Source: Octopus vulgaris
Taxonomy: Eukaryota
DNA length: 64,000 nt
Reading direction: 5' to 3'
Assembly: GCA_951406725.2 (NCBI GenBank)
Contig: OX597818.1
Location: 2,976,001-3,040,000 of the forward strand
Positions 1-12,485 of the stretch are shown here, in pieces. The position numbers and the translations under genes are program-made. How positions within the stretch are numbered: the stretch's first letter is position 1; each line of letters opens with the position of its first letter. The notes under the pieces were generated by a model. That model was not told where the DNA came from. It ran no database searches and worked only from the letters and a program-made list of their open reading frames with translations.

Positions 1-235
1 AGTGCTTACTGTTCCTGTATACAAGACCACTATCAGCCCAACCATTTACAGAGGTATAATTTTTAGATCTGGAATCCTCCAGAGCATATACCTGTCCACT
101 AAATCAAGTGTCTTGTGGAGATCACCATAATCTGCAAACTGAAAACTCTGCCTGCATTCAATGAGTACTCAGAGAACCAGGATCCTGTCAGTAGTTGATG
201 TCTTAAATGTCAGTAACACACCTGACAAAATGCTT
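1..235 (-). mobile_element. Decayed non-LTR retrotransposon RT fragment
   Basis: Minus strand reads GDLHKTLDLVDRYMLWRI, resembling the LINE RT motif DLxKAFDxVxRxxLW; otherwise disrupted. Confidence 0.5.
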
Positions 236-458
236 AGATGCTAAAGCATGTTTTGGAGATATTAATTTAAACTAACATCAAATATAGAAGATTATACCAA
301 GTCACATCATATTTCCTAGTCCTATTTTTTTTTTTACTGTTTTTAGTCATACTTAAGGATGGTTAGCCAAAGTGCTGCCATTGTGTGCAGGAATAATGAT
401 GGTTTCCATAAGACCTATATTTACATTGGTATAATCTTTATCAGCTGGGTGGTAAAAT
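236..458 (-). repeat. ~222-bp near-identical duplicate of 1026-1247 (PLE-derived)
   Basis: By eye the two copies differ by two substitutions and one T in a T-run. Confidence 0.95.
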
Positions 459-645
459 TCTTAGTGTCTTTATGCTCTGAGTTCACATACTACTGAGGTT
501 GACTTTGCCTATCATTCTTTCATGGTTGATAAAATAAGTACAAGCTGTGCATGGAGGTGAATGCAATCGACTAGCCCCCTTCCCCAAATTTCAAGCATTA
601 AGCCTATAATAGAAAGGACTACTATTATTATTAGTAGTAGTAGTT
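459..645 (+). mobile_element. Degraded tRNA-derived SINE, same family as 19784-20014
   Basis: gagttcacatac B-box remnant, then gttgactttgcctatcattc...gataaaataagtac, then an (ATT/AGT)n tail. Confidence 0.7.
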
Positions 646-649
646 CTAT

Positions 650-1350
650 CTTTGTAAGTTTATGCTAGGTTTAGTCTCAAGAGAATTGCATGTAATATTT
701 AACATATTTGATGTATTTAAATGTGTTTAAAATGTGTTTAGATTAGTTATGTCTGTTGTAGACAGAATATCTTTATGCATAATATTGATTACTAGCTCCT
801 TCAATTTTTTTATTTCTATCACAAGTCCTATAGTTGTATTTTGAGATTGATTTATTTTCTTTTGAATTACTATATCATGTTCTTTCCAAGTTCTTTGATC
901 TTAGTTATAGTAGTTTGCAGTTGCTGTTCTATTTGTTAAATTTGGTGTAGCGAAGTACGATAATGCAACAGTGAATATGTCGAATATCCTATGGCATTTG
1001 TGCTGAGAATGAAAATCTTTCTTAAAGATGCTAAAGAATGTTTTGGGGATATTAATTTAAACTAACATCAAATATAGAAGATTATACCAAGTCACATCAT
1101 ATTTCCTAGTCCTATTTTTTTTTTACTGTTTTTAGTCATACTTAAGGATGGTTAGCCAAAGTGCTGCCATTGTGTGCAGGAATAATGATGGTTTCCATAA
1201 GACCTATATTTACATTGGTATAATCTTTATCAGCTGGGTGGTAAAATGCTTATGTAGGATATTTCTTTTCTCTTACAGGTAGATGTGTCTTTGGTATTGT
1301 TGCTTTTACTCCTTTTAGGATTCTTGGTATCAAAACGTTCCTGAACTAGT
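650..1350 (-). mobile_element. Penelope-like element fragment (RT thumb/linker)
   Basis: Minus strand RKYDVTWYN...INIPKTFFSIFKKDFHSQHKCHRIFDIFTVALSYFATPNL matches the PLE WFNPP...KHFP...HK...IFN...SY...PN motif. Confidence 0.65.
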
Positions 1351-1364
1351 TATGTTTAATAAAA

Positions 1365-1980
1365 AATAATAACTTATTTACCTAAGTTTTAACATCATCT
1401 CCTTTGAAATGATCACCTTGCACAGTAATACACCAGTTCTAATGTTCCTGCCATTTTTGGAATCCAGCTTAGAAGCTGTTTTCCGTATATGAGTTGAGGG
1501 CCTTCTGTGATTCAATCTTGATCTCAACTGTGGTGTTTAAACGGCAACCTTTGAATTGCATTTTCATCTTGCAGAAGAGATAGAAGTCTGTAGGGGCTAA
1601 ATATGATGAATAGGACAGGTGCAGAAGCAATACCGTGTTGTTTTTGGTGAGAAACTCACAAGTGAGGAGAGCTCAGTGACAGAGTGCATTGTCATCATGA
1701 AGAATCCAATTCTTCACGGATGTTAGGATTGCCTGCATAGACCCATACAAGAGACCAACAACATCAGGAATGTTGTTGATTGTCCTCCAACAATCCTCAT
1801 GCACAAGCTAATGAATTTCCAGGAGTGACGCTCATGGCAGGTCTTCTAGATTGCTCATTGTCTTCTAGGGATGTTCTTCTGCTTTTGAAGCAACCATGCC
1901 ACTTGAAACATTGTGTGTGACCTATTGCCTTATCGCTGTAAGCTTGTTGAAGCATGCCCAATATTTCTGTAGCAGTACAT
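1365..1980 (-). mobile_element. Mariner transposase C-terminal remnant
   Basis: Minus strand LAPTDFYLF...FQKWQEH.NWCITVQGDHFKGD is the typical mariner C-terminus. Confidence 0.75.
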
Positions 1981-2318
1981 AAAAGAGAATTGTTGGTTTT
2001 TCTAGTAGGAACTTGAACTGTTTTATGCTGAAATTATTTTTTGTATATAGGTTTTGAGATACAAATCCTGATTGGTTAATAACTCAATGATGTTACTTGA
2101 CTTTGCTTGCCTGTGGCTAAATGTTCTAGTTGGCTGACTGCCAGAATATGACATTAGTTTTACAAATGTCCCGGTCACAAAATTTGCTTTGGCAGTAGTC
2201 CAGTTAGTTGACCTTCTGGTGATGTCATTTCTTTATCAATTGTTTTGATTCCTTGTTTTTGTCCACTAGTAGTCCAGTGCTCTAGTTGATTTTCTGCATA
2301 TGTCATTTGTGTTTCAAA

Positions 2319-3360
2319 TCTGTATATATATAAGGCAGAATGTGTGTGTGTGTACGTGATTGTAATTTATGCACGTCCACAAATTATTACGCATGTTGCT
2401 CCAAGTTTAGGAGGACATTCGTCAACATCCTACCTGGGTTTTGTCAACTTATTTTTTTCCCGAGGCACTCATGGATACAGGTAAAAATCTATTTTCAGCC
2501 ACAGTATTTACCTATTTTGAAGGTTGCTAACATGAGTTAAGTCCCTTCTAGCCATAGCCAAGCAAAAGTGTGTGTGTGAGGGCGAGAGAGAAGTTGTATG
2601 TTGATGTATGTGAGGGAGAGAGAGTGTTTCGCAACATCTAACAAAAATAGTAAAGAAAAAGTATGTGTAAGGAAGAGAGGCAGAAGGTTTGACAGTGATC
2701 TAACAAAAAAAAAAGGTAAAGACAAAGTGAGAGAGAGAGAGAGAGAGAGGGGGAGGGAGAGTAAGTCACAGCGTTCATAAAAAATAAAAGGTAAAATGTT
2801 TTGTTTTTTCTTAAACACGAGATATAGTGTTCAAATTTAGGATGTTTTTGAAAGACACTATATTTTATAATCAGAGTATATATACTTTCTCACACAACAA
2901 TTACAATATATTTATTTTAAAGCGTTCATCTTTCTCCCCCTTCTCTCTCACACATATATTACTTTGGGTGTGAAAGAGTTTTGTTTTTATTTTACGCCAT
3001 TATTTATTTATTTTAAATTGTTCATCTTTCTCCCCCCCTCTCTCTCACACATATATTACTTTGGGTGCAAAAGAGTTTTGTTTTTATTTTACGCCGAGTA
3101 AAAAAGTGTTTTGTTGAGAATCCATTTATTTAACATATCAGCACTGCCTTTCAAATATCTCAGGAACATTACAAACACCTGACAGCAGAGCCTTCAAGCA
3201 TATAACAGAAGTTATCTTTATTTCCTTAAATAACCCTACCAATTTCAACGGATTTCACCCAAATTTGACGTCGATATTACTTAGTTTGGTTTGAAATAAA
3301 GAACTTGATTAGCTTAATAATCGTAACTTAATCCCGGGTAAGGCTGGGTTATACTGCTAG
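2319..3360 (+). mobile_element. Complete non-autonomous Helitron (1042 bp)
   Basis: A|TC...CTAG|T insertion, subterminal hairpin cccgggtaaggctggg, (TG)n near the 5' end, internal ~95-bp tandem duplication at about 2910-3095. Confidence 0.85.
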
Positions 3361-3937
3361 TAATCATTATTTTGGATCTAGCATTCCAGTTGGATGACTC
3401 CCTGAAGACTTCATTTGTTTTTCTGATGTCTTGGTCAGCTAAATATTCAAAGGCATCAGTTGTTTATTTATATGGGTTTGACTAAAAATAAAATTTAATC
3501 GGTTGAACATCAGTAAATACTGTTGAAAAAGTGTCATATATAATTGTACAGTGTTTGAAGTAAGTGTTTAAAAACCTGGAGGGAGCCTGTTATCTCAACT
3601 TTAGATTTATTTTTGTTGTTTCTAGTCATTTTAGGTTCTGTGCATTCTCATTCTAGTGTGTTGTTATAAAGCATGTTTTAATAAACATGTTTTCCTTATT
3701 TAATTGGAATTCAGCCAAAGTGTTCATGATGTATCGATATGGAGCAGTATCTGCCAATCTTTTTTGCCTTATGACACACCAAGCAAGAATTTCTTTCGTA
3801 GCACACCAAATAAAAATCCCTTCAAGATTGAGCATACTTTATTAGCATGAATAAAAATAGATAAATTCTTATTATAGCAACAACAAAATAAATAACATTG
3901 TTTTATGAACATATAATATATATATATTATGTATACA

Positions 3938-3970
<33 letters not shown>

Positions 3971-4067
3971 ATACAATTTACTGAACCTTCAGATTTTAAT
4001 ATGTTGGACCACTGGTGTTAAATTGATGTTAATTAAATTAATATCCAATTTCTCACCCTCATTTTAA

Positions 4068-4106
<39 letters not shown>

Positions 4107-4318
4107 TTATGAGTGGTAATGGTATCATTGAGACCCAAAGGTATCACGTAATGCTGAATAAGTGCTATAGATAGACCTTAGTTAAGTTCCAGGTTCGATG
4201 ATTATGTGAATAAGGAGTTCAACGTTGGTCATATGTCAGCGTGTGTATATAAAAAATTTTTTTCGTAATGAGATAAAAAACCATGGTTGTGTAGATTTTA
4301 GAACATTTATAGATAGAA

Positions 4319-4368
4319 GGTCTTACAGCTGTTTCCAGGATATTTATTATATCCCTTCATCGGAGACG
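4319..4368 (-). ncRNA. Minimal type I hammerhead ribozyme motif, U4C variant
   Basis: gtct-CCGATGA-a-gggatat(aataa)atatcct-g-GAAAC-agct-GTA-agac: stems I and II pair, loop 3 is palindromic. Confidence 0.7.
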
Positions 4369-4579
4369 GTGTGAAAGGATGGTTAAGAAATAGTTAATTT
4401 AGATAAGATATAAAATAGAGAGTGAGGTGGAGGAAATAAAAGAAAATAGATGTGAGATATGTAGGGATATTGCATTTGAAGATCCATTTTTTGAGGCAGA
4501 ATGGTATACATATAAGATTCCAATACCTTATGAGTAAAGTCCAATAGTATTCAAAATTGGCCATTCCAAGTATAGAGTT

Positions 4580-4647
4580 TATACACAGTGTCTTTGAATC
4601 AAGGGTTTTATTTAAATAAAACCCTTGATTCAAAGACACTGTGTATA
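4580..4647. repeat. 68-bp perfect spacer-less palindrome
   Basis: tatacacagtgtctttgaatcaagggttttattt|aaataaaacccttgattcaaagacactgtgtata. Confidence 0.97.
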
Positions 4648-4650
4648 GGT

Positions 4651-5430
4651 ATACTTGTCATAATTCTCATATGTTCCTAACAGTCATAAATTGTAATTCT
4701 CTAAATCCTTGTAACACTCTCTCCCTGTTTTGCTTTGTCTTATAACTTATGTCTCCAGCTCTTTGTCCCCCAACGATAAAGTCTTTCAAATTTTTCCCCC
4801 TCTCTCTCTCTGTTTGTCTCACTCATGTCTTCTTACTGCTATTTCTATTTCTTGTGGCAAATGCTAGCCATTTATTTGACCACTTCTGGCTGTAGATTAT
4901 ATAAAGAACCCTTCGTACATGGTTTTCCTAAACCTTCACATCACTTGCTCTACTATTGACACTATCATACCACATGAAATGACAAGCAGTTAAGCTAAAA
5001 AATTTCTCTAGTTTTTAATTGTTCATCATTCATTTATTTAACTTGTTATACTAACATGCTAATGTACTTGAGTTAAAATAACTTTAATAACGTTTGTAAC
5101 TTGTAATTTGTTAATTTTCCAAATAACTTTCAAATATTATCTCTTCAAATACTTGCTATAATTTTCATTAATTTTTCAAATAACTTTCAAATCGTATCTC
5201 TTTAAATACTTGCCATAATTCTTATGTGTTCCCAACTATCATAACTTGTAATTCTCTAAATCCTTGCAACACTCTCTCTCTATGTTTTGCCTTGTCTTAT
5301 AACTTGTGTATCCAGCTCTTTGTCATGATCTCCCCCAGTGATAAAATCTTTCAAGTCTCTCTCCCATTCTCTCTCGTGTCTTCCTACTGCTATTTCTATT
5401 TCTTGTGGTGAAGCTGGCCATTGCTTGTTC
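4651..5430 (+). repeat. Diverged ~210-bp direct repeats (4651-4870, 5206-5430) plus ~58-bp tandem duplication (5110-5220)
   Basis: Shared atacttg.cataattct...ttgtaattctctaaatccttg.aacactctctc...ctactgctatttctatttcttgtgg. Confidence 0.85.
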
Positions 5431-6059
5431 ACAATGCACTCACCCATTCCTGCCTCCACCACCTATGGCAGAAATCTCTTCCCTCATATCAGAAACTTCT
5501 TCTTTCATATCTCTTCTTTTATACCAAAATCCCTACAGAGCTCTGCTTCAACAGAAATCTATTTTCTTATACTGAAAACCCCTACAAGACTCTGTCTCAC
5601 TTCTGTACCAGAAGACCTGCATACCTCTGTCCCTCCCTTCTCACCACCAAAAATCATCTACACTATTACATGCACCAAAAGGAGATGTGTTACTTAGTGA
5701 ATTAACAGACTGCCTACTTCTTTCTTTCTCTTTCTCTCTATATACAATGGACTAACCAATAGCTGCTCATTTACTTACTTAATTTAAACATCGACATATC
5801 TATATTTGCAGCAGTAACACATATATATACAATGTTCATAACATTTATACTTACAATGCTCACATTACACTCACCCCCAATAGAGGCAACAGTTTTAATA
5901 TAATATGCTTGAATGATGATAGGTTAAAGCGAGAACAACTGTTGTGACATGCCTGTTATCAAACGATCACTGAAACCTTCTTTTCAGGTGCTGAATACCA
6001 TCACTCCTTCCCATGTTACTTCCCACAGCCCTTTCCCAGTTTTCCAGCTTACTGAGTGC

Positions 6060-8668
6060 CTCAGTCCAAATCTGCAGCTGGTGCAGTGGTAGTGGAATGA
6101 TGCTGTAGACAGGGCCATTAGAGCAAAGAAACTTGGAGGGTGGAAGAGTGGGGCTATCAGAGAACTGTATCAGATAGCAAGAAGAGAAGTTGGGAGAAAG
6201 GTATATCTAGCCAAGGGAGAAATGGAAAAGAAGTTTGCCTATGTTCAGCAATGTGAAGACCAAAGACTTGAAGAGTTTTGGATTGCAAGACAGTGTACGA
6301 GAGAAATTTGTGATGTCATAGGAGAGAAATGTGACTGCATGGATGATGGTGCACTTGCATTTAATGATTCTGCAAAGAAAGAGGCTTGAGAATGCTATTA
6401 TGAAAGACTGCTGAACGTGGAGAATGAATGGGAAGAGGAGAGTCTGCCATATATTGACCCAGTTGAGGGACCAGCTACCCGAATCAACAGTACCTTGATT
6501 GATAAAGCAATTAAGGATATGAAGTCAAGGAACGCCCCTGGTCCATCAGGAATCACTGCTGAGATGCTTAAAATATCTGGTGGTGTGGATTATGGTCTAG
6601 TCACTTGTATTGTAAATCAGGTGGTTCACGAAGGAGTCATACCCAATGACTTGTATAGCAGCACCATAGTCAACTGATAGAAAGGTAAAGGCGATGCCTT
6701 AGATAGAAATAACAACCAGAGGTATCAAACTGTTGGATCAGGTGATAAAAATTATAGAGAGAGGTCATAGCCCAACTAATTAGAGTGAGAGAGTTAGTCT
6801 AGATGAGATGTAGTTTGGTTTTGTACCAGGGAGAAGCACCACTGATGGTATATTTCTGGTAAGGCAGCTTCAGGAGAAATACAGAGCCAAAGATAAACCT
6901 CTGTACATGGCTTTTGTTGACTTGGAGAAAGCCTTTGACAGGGTCCCCCAACCCCTTATCTGGTGGTCAATGCAGAAACTAGGGATAGATGTGTGATTGG
7001 TGAGCTGTACAAGTCTTGTACAGGGACACTAACAGTAAGGTGAGTATTGGCAATGAGTACAGCACAGAATTCAGGGAATTCTGTGCTGTACAAGTAGGGG
7101 CTCACCAAGGATTGGTGCTCATCTCCCTCTTGTTTCTCCAGGCAACAACAGAGGAATTTAAGACAGGCTGCCTTTGAGAGCTCCTCTATGTTAATGACCT
7201 TGTTCTTATAGCTGAATCACTGCCAGAACTAGAAAAGAAGTTTCATGTACAGAAGCAAGGTCTAGAATCAAAGTGCCTTAGAGTTAACTGAGCAAAAACC
7301 AAAGTCTTAGTAAGTAGGAAAGTAGACAAATCACAAATCCCTTCAGGTAGATGTCCCTACTTGATCTGTAGAAAAAGCATAAATAGAAACTCCATAAGAT
7401 GCACCCAGTATAAGCTTTGGTCACATAAAAGGTGCAGCAATATCAGATTTAAAAGATTAACAGGAAAAATAGCTTTTGTATGTAGAAGATGCACAGGTAC
7501 AATAAACACTGAAAATGTACAGAAAATTGACTCCATCAATTGCCAGTGGGGTAAGCTAGTAGATAGCTTCCATTATCTAGGCGACCAAGTTAGTAGCAGA
7601 GGTGGATGCTCTGAGAGTGTATCTGTGAGAATAAGATTAGGCTGGGCAAAGTTCAGAGAGCTCCTACCTCTGCTGGCAACAAAGGGCCGCTCTCTCAAAG
7701 TGAAAGGCAGATTGTATGATGCCTGTGTGCATACAGCTATGCTACATGGCAATGAAACATGGGCTGTGACAGCTGAGGATATGCTTAGGCTTGAAGGAAA
7801 TGAAGCCAGCAAGCTTTGCTGGATGTGCAATGTCAGTGTGCATGTTCGACAGAGTGTAAGCATCTTTAGAGAAAAGTTAGGCATAAGAAGCATCAGATGT
7901 GGTGTGCAAGAGAGATGTGCTGTGCTGGTATGGTCATATGATTTGTATGAATGAGGACAGCTGTGTAAAGAAGCACTGATCTCTAACTGTGAAAGAAACC
8001 TGTGGTAGAGGTAGATCCTGGAAGAGATGGGATGAGGTGGTGAAGCATGATTTTTGAACTCTGGGCCTCACAGAGCCAATGACTAGTGACTGAAACCTTT
8101 GGCGATATCTGTACTTGAGAAGACCTGTCAAGCCCATGTTACTGGCACCCATGCAGGTGGCATATAAAAAGCACCTTTTGAGCATTAGGCCTCATGGAGG
8201 CAAAGTGGCTGAACTCCTTTCAAGCACTGGGCCTCACAGAGGCAATGACTAAGACCTTTGAAGCACCTTTCGAGGGTTGGGCTCATGAAGGTAAAGTGGC
8301 TGAGCTCCTTTCGAGTGTTGGGTCTCATGGAAGCAATGACCAAGACCTTTGGCATAAGTGTTGGGTCTCATGGAGGCAATGACCAAGACCTTTGGCATTA
8401 TGTTGTGCTTGAGAAAAAGACCCATCAAGCTGAGCAAAATCACAATTGTGGCAGATAACAGCGTCACACAAATGGCACTTGTACTGGTGACATGTAAAAG
8501 ACCCCATTACACTCTTAGAGTAGTTGACGTTAGGAAGGGCATCCAGTCATAGAAACCATGCCAAATCAGATTGGAGTTTGGTGCAGCCTTCCAGCTGTCA
8601 GCACCTGTCAAGCCGTCCAACCCATGCCAGCATGGACAACAGATGTTAAATGATGATGATAATGATGT
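6060..8668 (+). mobile_element. RTE-clade LINE, 5'-truncated and disrupted
   Basis: APGPSGITAEML, LYMAFVDLEKAFDRVP, GAHQG, inserted C-rich PHD-like segment, FHYLG, YDACV...ETWA; 3' end gttaaa(tga)n. Confidence 0.92.
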
Positions 8669-8707
8669 ATTCAATACACTTTGTATGTTTTAAAAAATTG
8701 AGACCAT

Positions 8708-9860
8708 TTGTCATCATTATTGTTTAACATCTGCTTTTCATGCTGGTATGGATTGAACTGTTTTACATGGAGCTGACCAGCTGAAAGCTGTCCAGACTCC
8801 AATTGTCTGTTGTGGCATGGTTTCTATGGCTGGATGTCCCCTCCCCCCGCCAACCACTTAACAGAGTGTGCCGAGTGGTTTTTATGCTTTTATGCATGGG
8901 TGCATTTACACAGCACTAGCATGGGTGTGTTTACACAGCACCTGAAAGGACAAGCCTGTATGTGTGGAAGACAGCAATTTTACTTAGCTTGATGCATCTT
9001 ATCAAGTACAGGAAATCGCCACATTTCTTGGTCTCTTATTTCCTGATCCTTTCTCACCACTTTGTCCCATGTCTTCCTGGGCCCACCCATTCCACAGGTA
9101 TCCTCTACAATTAGGGCTCAGCACTTCTTTATGCAGCTGTCCTTATCCATACACATCACATGACCAAACCAGTAAAATCGCTTTCTTGCACATAACATCT
9201 GATGTTTCTTATACCCAGTTTTCCTCTTAAATCATTTACACTCTGTTGTGCATACACACTGACTTTACCCATCCAGTAGAGCATGCTAGCTTTATTTCAT
9301 TCAAGCCATCGCAAGTCCTCTGTAGTCAAAGCCCATGTTCCACTGCATTGTAACATAGCTGCATGTACACAGGCATCATACAATCTGCCTTTCACTCTGA
9401 GGGAGAGGCCTTTAGTTACTAACAAAGGTAGAAGCTCTCTGAATTTTGTCCAGCCTGTTCTTATTCTAGCAACTACACTTTCAGAACTTCTACCACTGCT
9501 AACTTGGTCTCCTAGGTAACAAGTTAACTACTAATTCTAATGATCCCCAGAGCATTTGAGGGAGTCTATTGTCTGTGCATTTTTAGTGCTTATTGTACCT
9601 GCACATCTGCTACTCGCAAAGACTATATTTTCAGTTAACCGTCCTGTGATACCACTACACCTCTTATGCATCCAAAGCTCGCACTGGGTACAACATATGG
9701 AGTTTCTACTAACACCCTTTTTACATATTGGGCAAGGCCATCTCCCAGAAGAGACTTGTGAGATGTCTATTTTCCTACTTACTAGGACTTTGGTTTTTGC
9801 TAAATTAACTCTAAGGTCCTTAGATTCCAGGCCTTGTTTCCACACCTGAAATTTCTTCAC
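8708..9860 (-). mobile_element. RTE-clade LINE 3' fragment, tail-to-tail with the previous copy
   Basis: ORF 9537-9860 WKQGLESKDLRVNLAKTKV is homologous to 7230-7560; degenerate (TGA)n tail near 8710. Confidence 0.9.
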
Positions 9861-9980
9861 TTGGCCAGATTTCTTTTTTCTTTATTCCTGATGGCAGGAA
9901 ACAGCTCAATGTATGATAATGACAGCAACAATTTGAGATTAATCTTAAAAATATGTATTTAAGAAAATTGTAGAGCTTAC

Positions 9981-10046
9981 CTGTAAACTTGTTGGAGATA
10001 ATTTCATCAAACTTGAATCTGTTGGATTCTTTCCCTCAAATCCTGG
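9981..10046 (-). CDS. Host gene exon, 66 bp, phase 0/0: PGFEGKNPTDSSLMKLSPTSLQ (probable HORMAD PHD-wHTH linker)
   Basis: ttatag acceptor and CAG|GTAAG donor; only one open frame; joins in frame after the PHD exon 37180-37296. Confidence 0.7.
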
Positions 10047-10550
10047 CTATAATATTTTTAAAAAGTTACATTATAAATATTTCCCTTTTCAAGAATTAAA
10101 AGTAAGTCTAAATATTTCTTCTGAATAAAAATGAGATTTTTAAAGAATTAGTGTACATGTTAGCAATAAAAATACCATAAATTTAATAAGTAAGTAAAAA
10201 TAAATGTTAGTTAGAAACATAAAAACATTATTTTACTACTTGCATGACAACCTATCAAAGATAATAAATGATTCAACCTGAAATTGGTTAGTAGTATGGC
10301 CATGCTGACGCAGCTGCTTTCATATGTGTTTCTTTCAGTGATGTAGGTTCATCTGGAAACTTTCACACTATCCAAGTATAGGTTGATTGTTTGAATTTAT
10401 TGACATAAAGTACCTGTAGATCTTTTATAGTTTTTGGCAACATGTTCCAAAATTTTTCAGAGGTGATAATCATCCCCAAATGTGATCATGGGTATAACAT
10501 ATCTTATCTATTAGAGAAAAGGTAGAGCACTTGCTAATATTTACATATTA

Positions 10551-11403
10551 CACTGGGGAATGTGGTTGTCATTGTCTGCTGTTGGAGACATGTTTCCCAG
10601 TAAATTTGGGGTGTTGATTTCAAAAATGAAATCTGTTTTGCTCTATCACATCAAGATTTTTCACAAACTCTGGCCACTTTTCAGCATTTCCAGTATTATC
10701 ATCATTTCTAAGGATAGATTTAGATGAAACCAAATCTATCCTAGGAAATAATGTATGGAGCTTGACATAACTTTGAAAACATCGTTTTCAATATCATTTA
10801 AAGTAAATACATCTACAAAAGTGTAAACAAGGTTATGATTTAAATAGCTTCAGTAAATAAAAAGTATTAAACTTGAACAACTTACACTATTTTCAATATA
10901 ACCAGTGTAAAATGCCATGATGATGACAGAAATATCATCTATACAATTAGATCTTAATAAACAACACATTTCTGTGGTTCTTGACATCATACATGTCTCA
11001 TATTTGTGGAATTTGCTTACAAATATGCCCACACTATGTTTGATTAAGTGTGACCATCACTGCAAACCAGGTGAGACAGGTTTTATTGAACCTGTAAATA
11101 GTTCCTATGAAAATTGGTATTTTAATTGCACCTTTAATGTTTTAATTGTGAGATCACAAGGGTCAAGGTCATCTTTTGTCAAGCATGGTCAAAAATCTAA
11201 AGAAAAAACTTCATGGTATGTATGTTCTTTATGAAACTTTGCATCTGTTTACTTTATAACTGTTGACAATTCTAAAAATGCTTTTCCGGGGTGACAAATG
11301 TTTTGTATTTCAGAAATATGGCCAGTTGTAAGAGAAAAAAATGCAAAAATAACCCTGATATCTTCTGCTATATTTGTGGATGTTACACTTTACCCATTCA
11401 GTG
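10551..11403. mobile_element. Possible non-autonomous DNA transposon with CACTG...CAGTG ends
   Basis: Terminal pentamers as in Chapaev/Transib-type elements, near a Chapaev-like transposase relic; TIRs weak. Confidence 0.3.
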
Positions 11404-11502
11404 AAACAAAATCACAGATTTTGTAAAGAAAGCTGACCTTAATTACTTTGGAATACAACTGGGTGATCAAGACAAATCCTGGCCAACCTATATAATGTTT
11501 AA

Positions 11503-11713
11503 CCCTTTAGCATTCACATTAGTTTGTCAAATGTAATATTTATTCCTTTTGAATAACACATGCATTATCTTATAGCTTTGAGATTTCAATAAAGGGATTA
11601 TTTACTTTTAGTATGACATTGTAGGGTAAGTGTGAGAGACTGCATTTCGCCAGTTTGAACATATAACAAATAGAATATTTTGGCTGAATATGGCTGGTTT
11701 AAATGTTAAAGGG
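11503..11713. mobile_element. piggyBac-type MITE
   Basis: TTAA|CCCTTTAGCATT...AATGTTAAAGGG|TTAA: TIRs with a TTAA target duplication. Confidence 0.88.
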
Positions 11714-11759
11714 TTAAAACATTCTTTGAAACACTGAAACAGTGACTGTTTCAAATACT

Positions 11760-12485
11760 TAAGCAGTAAGTTTCCAGCTTTATCTTGTGAAAAAACTATG
11801 ATTGGTGTGTTTGACAGGACTCAGATTGGGTAACTATTGCAGGATGAGCAGGTTTTTGGAGAACAACGTCTGGCACTGAAAAGAAGCATGGAATGCTTTT
11901 GTTGCAGTCATATTTGGTTTCCAAGGAAACAGGAAGTCATCAAATTATGAAGAACTTGTGCAGACCTTATTAAACAGTTTTCAAGCACTGGTCTGCAACA
12001 TGAGTGCATTTCCTACACAGTCATCTGAACTACTTCCCTGAAAATCATAGTGCAATAAGTGATGAGCAAGGAGAAAGACTCCACTAAGACATTGAGACCA
12101 TGGAGACAAGGTATCAAGGCATGTGGAACACAAACATGATGGCTGACTACTGCTGGTCTCTACAAAGCAGCAAAGAGGAAGTTCACTCCTTGAGTAGCTG
12201 AAACACCAGTTTGATAGAAATATCTACCCTAAAATGTGTAATTAAACATTTTGTGTAATATATTTGTTAAACAATAAAAAGTACTATTGGTTTGTGTTAG
12301 TTTTGTATTTCAGTATTGAATTTAAAGGCAAAATTGACATTTTTTTTATTAAAAAAAAAAGAAATTCCTGTTTAATAAAAAACTTGATGTAATGAATATT
12401 TCTGAGGGCATTTCTGATCCCAACACTATTAGGTAATTGTAAAAAGCAAGACAACTAAAAAGTTTTTTGAAAATGTTCCCCACTG
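11760..12485 (+). mobile_element. Chapaev3-like transposase C-terminal remnant
   Basis: NYEELVQTLLNSFQALVCNMS..HFLHSHLNYFPEN..AISDEQGERLH*DIETMETRYQGMWNTNMMADYCWSL; family name from recall of this motif. Confidence 0.7.

Larger units (their letters stand above)
4103..4647 (-). mobile_element. PLE 3'/pseudo-LTR remnant next to (TA)n
   Basis: Contains a hammerhead motif (4319-4368), abuts (TA)n and ends in a perfect palindrome. Confidence 0.6.

Noticed and set aside
7340-7540. Cys-rich PHD-like peptide as a host exon
   Set aside because: It is an integral part of the RTE ORF and recurs in all three RTE copies.
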